Positions 41,322-53,100 of a stretch of DNA of 64,000 bases are shown here, piece by piece. The first letter of the stretch is position 1; each line of letters begins with the position of its first letter. The stretch is from Paraspadella gotoi (taxonomy: Eukaryota; Animalia; Chaetognatha), in NCBI GenBank assembly GCA_051294375.1, contig CM119267.1, positions 23,189,486-23,253,485 of the forward strand, in the 5' to 3' direction. A program made the translations under genes and the position numbers. The notes beneath the pieces were generated by a model. It had not been told where the DNA came from and did no database searches. It saw nothing but the letters and a program-made list of their open reading frames with translations.

Positions 41322-44300
41322 TATTACATAGTTACTGTTCGTCACTACCGTTGATGATATTCATAATGATACTGCTGTAGAAGACGAAGAATGTAATAAT
41401 AAATATGAAGAGAGAGTGAAGAATTGTGATGATGTAAGAGAAGTAGAAAAGAAGTGAGACGAGCTCTCTCCTGATCCACTTTTATCATCGCCCGGACCAA
41501 CTTGACCTTACGGTCTCCTCGGCCCTATTACTGTGTCCGGTCAATCTAAGGTCATTGCCAAAGCTAGGGCAAAGTGACCGTGTGGATAGACCGGCTCGGA
41601 GAAAGAGGAGAGAGGAAGGGTTTAGAGAGAGAGACCGGTGGTAAGTCGCCTCACTGCTTTGACAAAAATAGAGTAATCGAACTTTAATAATCACAGAAAA
41701 ATGAAGATGAGATTTTTGAGAAACGTAAGTTATTGGTTCTCATAGTTAATCTTATTCCATTCCTACAGGGGTGAGATGAACTATTTTTCTTCCACGTTAA
41801 ACATAAAGCAGAAGTATTCCCTCGAGGATCTGCTCGATAAAGGAGACATCAGGCCGACAACCACTCTTGGTAAGGGTTTGACCTAAAAAGAGTGGGTTTT
41901 GCAGTAGTTTAATACGTATCTTACACGTTATCTTTAAAAAATAAAATAAAAGCATGTTATTGCTGTGGTTTTGCACATAAGTGGCGTCATCGTTGTCGTC
42001 GGCGTTACAAATTATAGATCGCCTTTTTTATGATTAAATTGGGTGTATGAAGCTGAAAATTTATATACAGCTTCTCATCATCGATGTCCTTAAAATTGAG
42101 TCAGGACAGTTATTAAATATGTTTTGTTTACTTGCTTTAATGGGTTTTTGGTCATTTGGTCAATTTGACTTTTGATTTACACTCTCTTTCTCTCTCTCTC
42201 TCCCTCTTAATGGTTAATCTTTCTTTTATTTTTGATATTTATTTATTTGTTTTCTCTTTCAGCCACTGATGAAGACTTAGAAATTAAGTCGAAATATATG
42301 GCAAAAATTAAAAAAAAAAATTAAAAATAAATTTTTGTTTCTTATGCACTGTCTCTCCATAGTGAAAATAAGTATTTATTTATGTTTTGTTTACGTTTTA
42401 TCAAAACAAACAAATTTTCTCTTTTATTTTTATATTTCTTTCTCTCTCTTTTCTCTTTTAATTATAGGTTTCCTTCCCTCTCCCTTTTCCCTTCCCTTGT
42501 CACTGATTCATAGGGAAAAAAACGAGTCTGCAGCTGGCTCTGCAGGGGCTTATTCTTTTTCTTTCCTTTTCTCCTGCTGCTTCTGCTGTCTGCCTTTTGA
42601 TTTCTTTTTTTTTCTCTCTCTCTCTCTCTCTTCGTTTTTATTAAAATTAAAATTAGGCATCGCATTCGTGCATGTTATCATTTTGCTATCGACATAGGGT
42701 TTTTATTTCGTTTTTTTTTTCTTAGGGGCTGCGTCTGCTGATCAGTTTATTTTTTGACAATGAAAAAGTTTTTTTTTTCAGAAACTGTAACTTTAATTTT
42801 CCTCGGTACTTTATTTTTTTTTAATTGACAATCGCAAAATAGAATTTTTCTTTCTGTTTATAAATTAATTTTCTTTTTTCAAATTTTATTTTTTTTAGTA
42901 TCAAATTTTGTTGTCAATCAGATTTTCTTATGCGATTGCGACGAACCTTATGCTTTTTAAAAATTTTTTTTCGTAATTCGTTGTAACTTGTGATAAATAT
43001 ATAGACATTAATTAATTCATTTGCTTTTTTTTTACTGAAGGCTTCATATTATAAAATGAGGTTCCCCTTTTTTGTGACCAGAATCTGTTCCCACCAAATA
43101 AACCGATCGAATTTCATGAAATTTTACATTTAAAGTCCTTATGATTATATAAATGAAACTATCGAGGCGAATTTTTGATATTCAACCCCTGACAAGAGAT
43201 ACAGGGCCGTGGGGTGCACCCCTGGGGGACCAAAAAGGCTAAAAATTTTTTTAATATTTTTTAGTAGCATCAGGTGCATTGACATCTTAAATATATAAAA
43301 TAAACATTTTAGAACTAAAATTGATAAAATTTTCAATAATTAAGCATTGTTTGAAGATAATGTTCATCGTTTGACTTCAAAATTTCCCAAATTATTCCAA
43401 ATCTGACTTGAACAGCTGATGTTCATGAAGCTTAAAATTAGGGTACTATGGCAACAGCCGGGTTGCTTGTGATGCCCATTGGGATGGGGCATCTCACTGT
43501 TGGTTTTGGGAACTTCCGACCCTCAGTGACGCCTCCAGTCACTGGCGCGGTTACCCTAGGACGGTCTCGCTTTGCCAACGCAGAGGGAAGTCGTTAGGAC
43601 TGTGGATGGAACACTACGCCTGGGATGGTGTGTTCCCCTCTGAGCCCATGGATTTGGCTGAAGGATGGTGGACGTGAGGCGGTGTGAATATACCGCCACA
43701 CTGCCACAGTACACTAATATATTTAAGGTAATAAATACGTTTTTGTGGAACAGTAAACGTCTGTGCAACTGTTCAAAACAAAAATAATTAAACAATTTGA
43801 AAAAGATTTTTGACCATTTTTAGCCCCAATGGGTGACCCCAGGGGGGCCCATATCTCGGCTCAGGGGTCAAATATTAAATTTCGCCTGTATATTCTTATT
43901 TGTTTTCACGTAGGGATCATTCATGCCAAATTTCAATTTGGTCCAATAGTTTTCTTGGAACGTGTTCTGGTCACAAAAATCGGGTACTTAATTTTATAAT
44001 ATGAAACCTTCTGTAGATTGTACAAATGTACAGTAAAGCGTAGCAAAAAAATATTGAAAACAAAATTATTTTTTTATTTTGAAATTTTCGCATACGCCAA
44101 TCTTGATTTGGAACACTCAAAATATTTTTGTGATAAAATTTATACGCATTGATTCATTTTTTTAAAAAAATATATTTTTTATAAATTTTTTAAAAAAAAT
44201 TTGTTTATGGAGCGTCCAGTATTTAAATTTTATAATCAGAACATCTTCTCTTTTTTATTTTCTTCGTTTTGATTGTGATTAAAAATCAAATTGAAAATTT

Positions 44301-44725
44301 TTTTGCTGATGTTAGTTTTTAGAATTTCTAATTATACATAATGATAATAATGATACGTAATTTTGTAAACATCACATACGTTAAATTAACGACCAGGTTA
44401 CGAGGTCAAGAACATATCTTCCGTCCTGGCGAAAGGGCTCGGAGTCGAGAAGGTCATCGTTCAGTGCTTCTTCGAAAACCCCAACAAAACTCAAGGATCG
44501 GGACATCTGCTCCCGCTATTGAAGCCCGCGACGAAAAAAACCCATAAAACTCAGTACTTGCTGCAAATCGAAATTTGTCTGGACAAAACAAATTTCGAAC
44601 CTATCGACTGTCAACACAATAGCAATTGCAATCAAAACCCAATCTACTATCCGACATTCGGTGAAGATCGGAAGATCAGATTTACCGTCAAAGACAAGTC
44701 GGAGAAGTTCTTCCTTCTGCTCTAA
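40474..44725 (+). CDS. RNASET2: Ribonuclease T2, 5 exons (~40474-40674, 40801-40867, 40993-41164, 41769-41869, 44398-44725)
   Basis: Hydrophobic N-terminus, WDYLIFVQQWPP..C, CAS I WTVHGLWP, CAS II FWKHEWVKHGTC, C-terminal LQIEICLDK. Confidence 0.92.
43035..44013. mobile_element. Tc1/mariner-type MITE (TA TSD) in an RNase T2 intron, with a nested solo LTR
   Basis: TA|CTGAAGGCTTCATATTATAAAAT ... ATTTTATAATATGAAACCTTCTG|TA. Confidence 0.8.
43447..43708 (-). mobile_element. Solo LTR with tRNA-like boxes; 4-bp TSD GTAC
   Basis: Minus strand reads TGTGGCA...TGCCATA, flanked by GTAC on both sides; near-copy at 53019-53277; 3' half similar to 38790-38892. Confidence 0.75.
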
Positions 44726-45466
44726 AGGATTAATATTTTATTAAAAGTTTTGAAGAAAAAAAAACTGTATTTTCCCGAATTCCGATTAACATCATTTTTT
44801 TAAAAAATAGGATGCATGCATGTAGATTGTGCTTGACTCGTTAAAAAAGAGAAATGAATTTTTGTCGCATAATCAAATTTAATAATTATAACTTAGAATT
44901 TTTGTAATTGCTGTAAAAAATCGTAAATTAAAAAAATGGCCGAATCTTGATTGTGAAATCAAAAATGGCAATAAATGTAAAATGGTGTTAAGTTTAATGA
45001 GCAAGTTGTAATTATAAAAGATAAGCAAATGACATGTATCTTATAACTAAGAAGTCTTAAAATTTTAGAAGATCAAAATATATATTTAATTAAGCATCAG
45101 AAAAAAACGCGAAAGTGTATGCTTGAACAATGTTGAACCCTTCTGCCTTAGTGATACCGTTTTACCTCCATAATAGATTTTTATTGGATTTTTTTGATCT
45201 CCCATTTTTGGTCTCAGTCGTTTTTGTTTAATTTTTTTGTAAAATTGTTTTTATTCATAATACTTTATAAATATATAAATATCTAATGTCTAAAAATTTA
45301 ATCAATACATTTTTACTGTTCTTATTGGTAAAAAGGGGAAAAAGAGAGGAAAATATCATAATGTTCCAAAGAATCAATGATTTATCATTTGAATAGCTAA
45401 ATTTTCCTGAGCAGATTTGACATTTTTTCTCAAACTTGAACTCATCACTCATCAGTGCTGATAATA

Positions 45467-46257
45467 CCCCGTGTCCGTTCGCGAGTGACACAACAAAAAT
45501 GCGTACCATTTCTCATTAGATAAATATTTTTTACATTTTTTTCTTCATTCTGTAGCAAAATACAGGACGTTTATTATATTTTAATTTCATAAGATTAATT
45601 TGATATTTACTTATGTAAAACAACCTTTCTTTAATGCTCATCAAATTTCATATTCAGTAAAAAATTGAATCTTTTTTAAAAAAATCATTATAAATTAATT
45701 ACTCATTAAATACTTATTATTAAAAATTATTAAAAATAAAAATATAAAATATATATAGATATATATATAAATTATTAAAATTTATTAACACCATTAAATT
45801 AAGAATTATCTGGGAATCCTTACGATATAAAATAATTATTCAAAACGGCCAAGAACATGTTCAGGACATCATTTTTTTTTAATTGGACAAATTGTATAAA
45901 AAAAACTTAAGATTTACAATTAAAAAAATAAATAAAAAATCATTACTCAAAAATTACTTAACATTACGATAATTCAGATACGCCATTGATTAGACCATTA
46001 ATAGGGATTTCTTATGATATAAATTTTTTTTTAAAATTCAATCAAGAACACGCCTAAAATGGTCTTTTTTTGCCAATTTTACTTTGTTAGATAAAAAATT
46101 AAACAAAGAATAGTAGATAAATTAAATACAAAATGAAACTTATACATAAAAAACGTCAAGTAGTTCTCCAACTAATGATTTACTTGTGAATTATGTTTAT
46201 TAAATATTTAAAGTATAGTAAAGATTTTTTTGGTGTCAATTGCGAACGGACACGGGG
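45467..46257. mobile_element. MITE with ~25-30-bp TIRs and a TA TSD
   Basis: TA|CCCCGTGTCCGTTCGCGAGTGACAC ... GTGTCAATTGCGAACGGACACGGGG|TA. Confidence 0.8.
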
Positions 46258-46365
46258 TAGTTGCCAGAAATAATTCCTGGAGGGAGAAGTAGAGGCTATA
46301 GTTCAGTTACTTCATTGTTTTTAAATAAAAATAAAAATAAATAAAAATAAATAAAAAATTATATT

Positions 46366-47028
46366 TGTAGTCGGGCATAGCAAAGTTCACCCCGCCTCTA
46401 AGCATGACACCTTCAGTCGTGTCCCGGTGGCTCATTGAGTAAAGCCATCAGCTCATTACCACTAGGTCACGGGTTCAATCCCAACCCAGTACCTACCCTG
46501 CGGGAAGTGTGAGGACGGCCGTAAGCCGCCTTGGGGGCTTGGAAAAGCCTCAAGCCTGGTTCCAAGCCTAGGACCCGTTTCATAGCTGCTAGAGGGGGTT
46601 AAAGAAGTTACGGATAGTCATCTTCAGCCCACTTAGCGCCTTATCCACACTGGTGAGCCCATCCTGTTGAGCGTATTCCAACCTGATTCCAGGCCCATGG
46701 ACGTGCTAAAGATTGCTCCCCTCCCTCTACTGGAAGCAGTGCAGGGTGGGTTACTATCTGGGGGGCATGTAGTCGGGCATAGCAAGGTTCACCGCGCCTC
46801 TAAGCATGACACCTTCAGTCATGACCCGGTGGCTCATTGAGTAAAGCCATCAGCTCATGACCACTAAGTACTGGGTTCAATCCCAACCCAGTACCTACCC
46901 TGCGGGAAGTGTGAGGACGGTCGTAAGCCGCTTTGGGGTTCCAAGCCCAGGACCCGTTCCATAGCTGCTAGAGGGGGTTAAAGAAGTTACGGATAGTCAT
47001 CTTCAGCCCACTTAGCGCCTTATCCACA
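46366..47028 (+). mobile_element. Complete TRIM (miniature LTR retrotransposon) with a tRNA-like sequence in each LTR (Helenus-like)
   Basis: LTR1 46366-46649 and LTR2 46768-47028, both TGTAG...CCACA; PBS-like TGGTGAGCCC 1 nt after LTR1; purine tract GGGGGGCA before LTR2; TSD TATT/TATT; A box TGGCTCATTGAG and B box GGTTCAATCCC in each LTR. Confidence 0.88.
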
Positions 47029-47154
47029 TATTAAGCAGAAAAATCATATTTACGGTTGAAACAAAAACTATATTATTAATGTTCGCGATAGTTTTAGAAA
47101 GAGTAGCACAAAAGTGAAAGTAATTTTCGAATATCTGTGTTAATAATTTGAAAA

Positions 47155-50100
47155 TTAACTCGTTAAATTATCAATCAACGCTGCTCCTAATATTCTTTCG
47201 ATTTCACTGAAGAACTTTTCCCAGGCTTCTTCGTGTTCGGGTTTCCATTTATCCTTCAAGGCTAGAATTTAGGGACGGGAAAGATAATAATTTCAATTAA
47301 CCTTATTAAAGATCTTGGTCAAAACATTAAAAAAAATTTCGTTTGATAGAAACTGCCAAAGACGTAGGCTATAACAAAACTTAAGGGAAGTCAGACAGAT
47401 ATTTACGGTTACAATCGGGCAACATTTTACGGTACCTTCAGCAAAAAAAATCCTCATTTGAGCATTGATTTTGGTGATCTCTGTCAAGTTGCCGAAGGTT
47501 CTTTTGGCGCGAGATGACATCGTTGGCCAAAAGTTTTCTCCTCGGCACATTCGACTTACATCTTCTTTCACGCGATGAAAAACTAGCATAGTCGTGAACA
47601 TCGCCTGGATTGCTGGTTCCATTGTGCCGGTAGTGTAGTATTTTTGTTTTGTTGACGTTTCATCAGACTGAACTTTCTCCATAAACTTCTTCGACATAGT
47701 TTTCGGTTCGTAAATGGACATAACTAAATTTAAAATTTGAAATATTTTTGAAAAAAATTATGATAGTTTTATAACGCGAGATAAGCTTGAATCACAATAT
47801 GAATATTGTAACACTCACTCGGTCTTAATTTTCCTCTCTTTTCTTTATATTTTTTAAATTTTGAATTAAAAAAGGTCTGTCGAAACTACATGTATAGTAA
47901 GATTAATAAGGCGTAGTGAAAGTTGCAGATCAAAATTCGAATAGTTAATCATGAACACTTCTTGAACAGTCTTGGTCTTGGAATAAAGAACATTGTCATT
48001 AATATATAATTTTTTTTAAAATTTCTCAATTTTTGCATAATTTTAAAATATTTTTTATTGAGTTAGCCAAAAATTTAAAAAACTTTATTTTTTATATTAA
48101 AATTTAATTATAGGTTAATAATAATAGTTTTTTTATGATTTTGACCCACTTTCTAAAAAGAGTTATTTCCTTTATCAACTTTCGTGAGGAATTCAAATCT
48201 GCTTTTAAAAATAAGAAAAAAACATTTAAAAATTTTAACATTTTTTATAGTGAGTATTATTGTATAAATATGGGCGTTTGCGAAAATTGAAAATAATTTT
48301 TTTTTTTATAAAAATGTTCACAGATACAAGCTTGTTCGTGATCTACTATTCGAATTTTAATTCTACTTGATTTTAATATTTTGGCTACGCTTTAATCATT
48401 AATAATCATTAGTAATTCCATTACTATGATTATTTTCCAATATACATTGTACAATGTACAACTAAGGGAAAACGGTCAATCATGGTCGGATGACCATTGA
48501 CCAATGGCCATCGTCCCAGTCTGAAAGCTGAAAATTTACAATTTGACAAACCGAAAAGTAATATACCCGCAATCAGACGCATTAGCTTTGTTTAGTTATT
48601 GGAATTGAAACCGTTACCTTGACGCAAAGATTTTTTTACTATTTTTTTTTGGATCTCATCTAAATTAATATATTCTTCACGTTTAGAGGTGACGCTGATG
48701 TAGCTATCAAATCCAACTAGCATGAAGGCATTTAAGATAGTGAGCAACTGCAATGGAATTAATAATTTGACTAAACCAGGATGATAGAGAATTAGGCTCG
48801 GTTTTGATCTGAGATTTGTCTTAAACCATTTTAGTACTATCATTTTAAAAAAATATTATGTAATACGCGGTCCCTCATTAAAATTTTCAAGTCGTAGTTT
48901 ATAAAACTAAGCATCATAGTTTTTATTCGGTAATAAGAAATGAAAACCTTACCCTAAATTTAAACTGTGATACATCACAAGAGAAATTCCCAGAAACTCT
49001 CTCATACTGCTTAGCTTACCTAATATTTTTGTATGAATGTTGATTTCTATGCGTGATAGTTTCTTTTCGTTTGAAATCAAGGGGAAAGAAATTGTGCAAC
49101 AAGAAAGTTTTTTATTTTGCGGCTCCTTGAGCCGACGATTTCAAAATGCTGCGCCGCAGTAACTTTGCAGGTTTAAAAAATATTTACTGCCAAGTATTAC
49201 TAGTATGAGGCATATGCACATTAAAGGACTTACCGTGCCTTATCTTTGTACCAAATATGAACTTAATTGATGCAGTATTATCTAAGTTAATAAGTATTTA
49301 AAACGTGAGACAGACGAACAGACAGACCGAAAAGTGATTTCATTGCTCTGCGAGTATTCGCAGTATTTATTAAGAAAACGACCGCTAGGGTCTTATTCTA
49401 TTGTAGCTGATGGGATAGACTAATCCCTCTCTCGAATTGAAAATTTATAGGTAACATTTGATAATTTTATGATATAGGCTAATACTAAAATAATTTTTAT
49501 TTAACTCTGTCTTGCTTCAAGTTTAACCTTTTTCCAAGATTGCTTAATTTCTTCGGCAATATTTGCTTTCGCAAAACTGTCCATTATAACAAAATCTATC
49601 ACAAAGAACATGTACAACAAATCCCGAGTTTCCACTCCCATCTTTGCATGAAAACTTCCCAAGGCTTCCAACCTTATCGCCAAGAACTCGGGATTGCCAC
49701 AATTTTGTGCAATTATTCCAATTTCGCTGACATACTTCGTCTTTAATATTTCGAAATAAGGTTTTCGACATATCTGATCGGGGGTTTTTCCGCGCAGATT
49801 CTTATAAAATTCTTTTAAATCTGGTCTCTTCTCAAAACATGTTAAGAATAATTCCGTGCCTATCTTGTCTAGCCCTGGAAATTGAGAAATCATAGCCCAC
49901 GAGAGCTGTATATCTTCTACTCTATTCTCCTGAAATTTAAAACGCAATGACTTTGTTCGGCGCGTCTTGATGTTGTGCCCAAACATAAGGTTATCGTGGG
50001 CCATTTGTAGACCCTCGTTGAAGTAGTTGCAAGTTTTATCCAAAAACTCTTTCCATGCCTCGTCAGCCTCACTGTTGAATCCGGACTTGGTCATGAGGTC

Positions 50101-53100
50101 TCGGATAGCCTGATAGCAGCTTAGCGAGAAGAGCCTTATCTCGTTTTTGTTAATTACTTGTGATGACTGACCATGATTGTAACCAATTTCCTTCACGATT
50201 TCCTTGGCATGAATCGCGTACAGATTAAATATTATTATGTGCAACGAATCCGCAATTTCGGTCGCTAGTTTCAGGAACATATCCGAACCACCCGAATCGC
50301 CATGAGGGATTTCAGTCCCAGGGAAGTGCTTTTCGACTATTTTTGGATCATTGCGTTGCCAGCGAGTAAGGATGGCCATGCCAAGTTCTACAGGGCCGGG
50401 AGAGTTGAGCAAATGTGTAAAGTTGGATATAATGATATCGGTCTGGTTGTGGGTCAACCCATACATCGTCGAGCCTTTTGAAGACGCCACGGCGTTGGGA
50501 TTGTCGTAGAAGCTCTTGACTCCTTCACACAAAAATGTCAGAATCATGAAGAAGAACCTTTTCCAAGCGTTGCTCTGAATTTTGATTTAATTATAGAAAA
50601 AATTAAATTTTATATTTTAAAAAAATATATTTTTGCGTTTAAAATCGTTTGTTAAAAATCCCTCTCACCTCGTCGTCGAACAGTCCTTCCTTCCACAGTA
50701 AATCGCAGACGCTGGTCGCAATTGAACTAATGAACTCTTCAACGACCTCTTCCGTAATGTGGTAGTTCGCAGCGTGATCCGCTCCCAGCTCTTTCAAATC
50801 TTTGTTCACCTCGGATAACCGATGCAAATTGCCGATGTAGATCGTCAAGCAATGGACGACGAGGGAGGCGTGCTTTCGCGCTACCTTCACGTTGACGATC
50901 TCTGGCTGAAGCTTTCCGATAACCGGCCCTATGACGAAAAACTGTTGATACTCTGGATGGTTGATTAAAAAGTCCTTGTAGATTGTCCTCGAAATCTCCG
51001 CTTCGCCCACGCGGAGGAGCAACTTGCTCCAACTGTTTTGGAGGACGCTGATTTGCGCCATGTCCAGCCGACATTTCTTAATGATTTTAGTCTCGGCCCT
51101 GGCTTCGGCCAATCCGATCGAGAAACGGGACTCGAGAAAAACAAAAAACTTTTTGTAAGCCGGTGCGGCGTTGGAGGGAACGTGACGGAGAATTGTGTCC
51201 AAACTTATCTTCCAAAAGAGAGCGTAGTCGGTTTTGTGGATGTCAACGGCTGCATGCTCGAATCCGAAACTCTCCAGTACAAAAATCGTGGCCTTGATAT
51301 CATCCAGCTCGCAGATGCATCGGTATAAAATATTCACGTAGAAAATGACGTGAGTCTCCAAACCGATGGGCGTCTTTTTGGTGGTGTCCGACTTAGGGGC
51401 GGTGATGGCTACGCCATCATCAGAGCGTTTGTCCGAAATGGTTTTCTGATCGGACTCGAAGCAATTCCTGGCCATTGGCCTTTTTTTAAAGTACTCATCC
51501 ATTATCTCCCATCCTAAGCCCTTCATTCCCTTTTGGTCGAGTAGTTTTTGGAACGTTTGCTTCAAAACTTCCTGTTCCGCGGTGTGCAGAGGACGCAGGG
51601 AGCAAAAACCCCTGATGAACGCGATGCCGAAGAGTTTGAAAAATATTTGAAAATCAGACAAAATTTCGTCCACGTTGTCCGCCGTGATGTAAGTTAACAA
51701 GGTGGTCGGTTCGTTTCCCATGGATACGTTGCGGTTGGTGACGGAGCTAATCCTATCGGGATTCGCGGATTTCGAGAATTGCCCCAGGCGAGTCTTATTA
51801 GCGGTTCCTTTGTCCTTTCCGCGCCCGAACCCTTTGCCGAAAATGGACCCGTTGGACCGAGATTGGGACGCCGTCAAAGTCCTCCGCTTCATCCCCCCGC
51901 TCGTTCTTTGGCCAACCGAATTGTGTGGCGGTACCGTCAGGGGGGAAAGGACGATCGACTTGTAGCCCGGCAAGAGTTGTCTCACGTAGGAATAGAACGA
52001 GAGAATGAACCTGTTTTCGGCCAAGAGTCGTGGGGTTAGAAGTACGGGTAGAAAATTTTAAAACAAGTTTGAGCAAACGATGCCTGATCTGCTCACGACA
52101 ACTAGCCGTAAACCGCTGATCAAATGATTAACTAAATTCATTAATTAATAATTTATCCTCTCAGCAGCTTTTACTGTGAGCAGATCCAGCATTTTTTGCT
52201 CAAACATATATTATTATATTAATTAATAAATTAATTGTTTAATTAATAAATAATTGTTGTTAGTTGTTGCAGCCTTCATTTACAATCAAACTATGAAACA
52301 TGTTTTTCGTTTTTTCCTTTTAAACTCATTTCCACTCGGACGATTCGATCGAAACTTGATTTGAAGTCAATCGCCCAATCCACTCATGAGTAATTGGCGT
52401 TTAAAGGTAAGGGGGGCCGGATGTACTGACAAGATTGTGGGGGTGGACCAACGGACCTACAAAGTGAATCATACGTAGTACCCAAAAAAATCCTTTCTCA
52501 TAATAATATTTTTTGCGGTGGGGGGATATGCATACGATGGTTCCCTCGCCTGTAAGCGAAGTTTTTTTGATCCGTGACGCTCATACTGTCGACTCCTTCT
52601 GAGGCCAATTCCTTCCCAAAGACGAAAGCGATGTTGTGAAATCTCCTTTTGTTTTGAAATGAGTAAACGGCGTTTTCGATCGGCGCCGCGTAGTAATAAG
52701 CGAACTTTCTGAAATCGCGCATCTTTAGCAACTTGATGAGAGGGATGCCCCTGAAGTCCTTGTGGAAGCCGAGGTCGCTCTCGTAAGTCTTGAATTGGAT
52801 CGCGAAGACTCTCATACCGAGTTCCTCCAGCGACCCCGAGGCCTTGACGATGTCGTTCCACGCTAGTTTGAGGTTTTGGTTGGATTGGTCCCGGTCGTAC
52901 GTCTCGTCGTAAAGTTTGTACCAGTCTTCAAGCGGTTGGATGGTGGTCGAAGCGCCGCGCGCTAACTTAGTAAATGAATCTTGAGGAAAGGAAAAAAACG
53001 AATCGGAAGCTAGTATGATGTGGTTGTGGCGGTATATTCACACCGCCTCACGTCCAGCATTGTTCAGTCAATCCCATTGGCTCAGAGGGGAACGCACCAT

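Noticed and set aside
46366-47028. Tandem SINE dimer or ribozyme-bearing retrozyme
   Set aside because: TG..CA ends, PBS, PPT and a 4-bp TSD fit a TRIM better; no hammerhead core (CTGANGA..GAAA) was seen.
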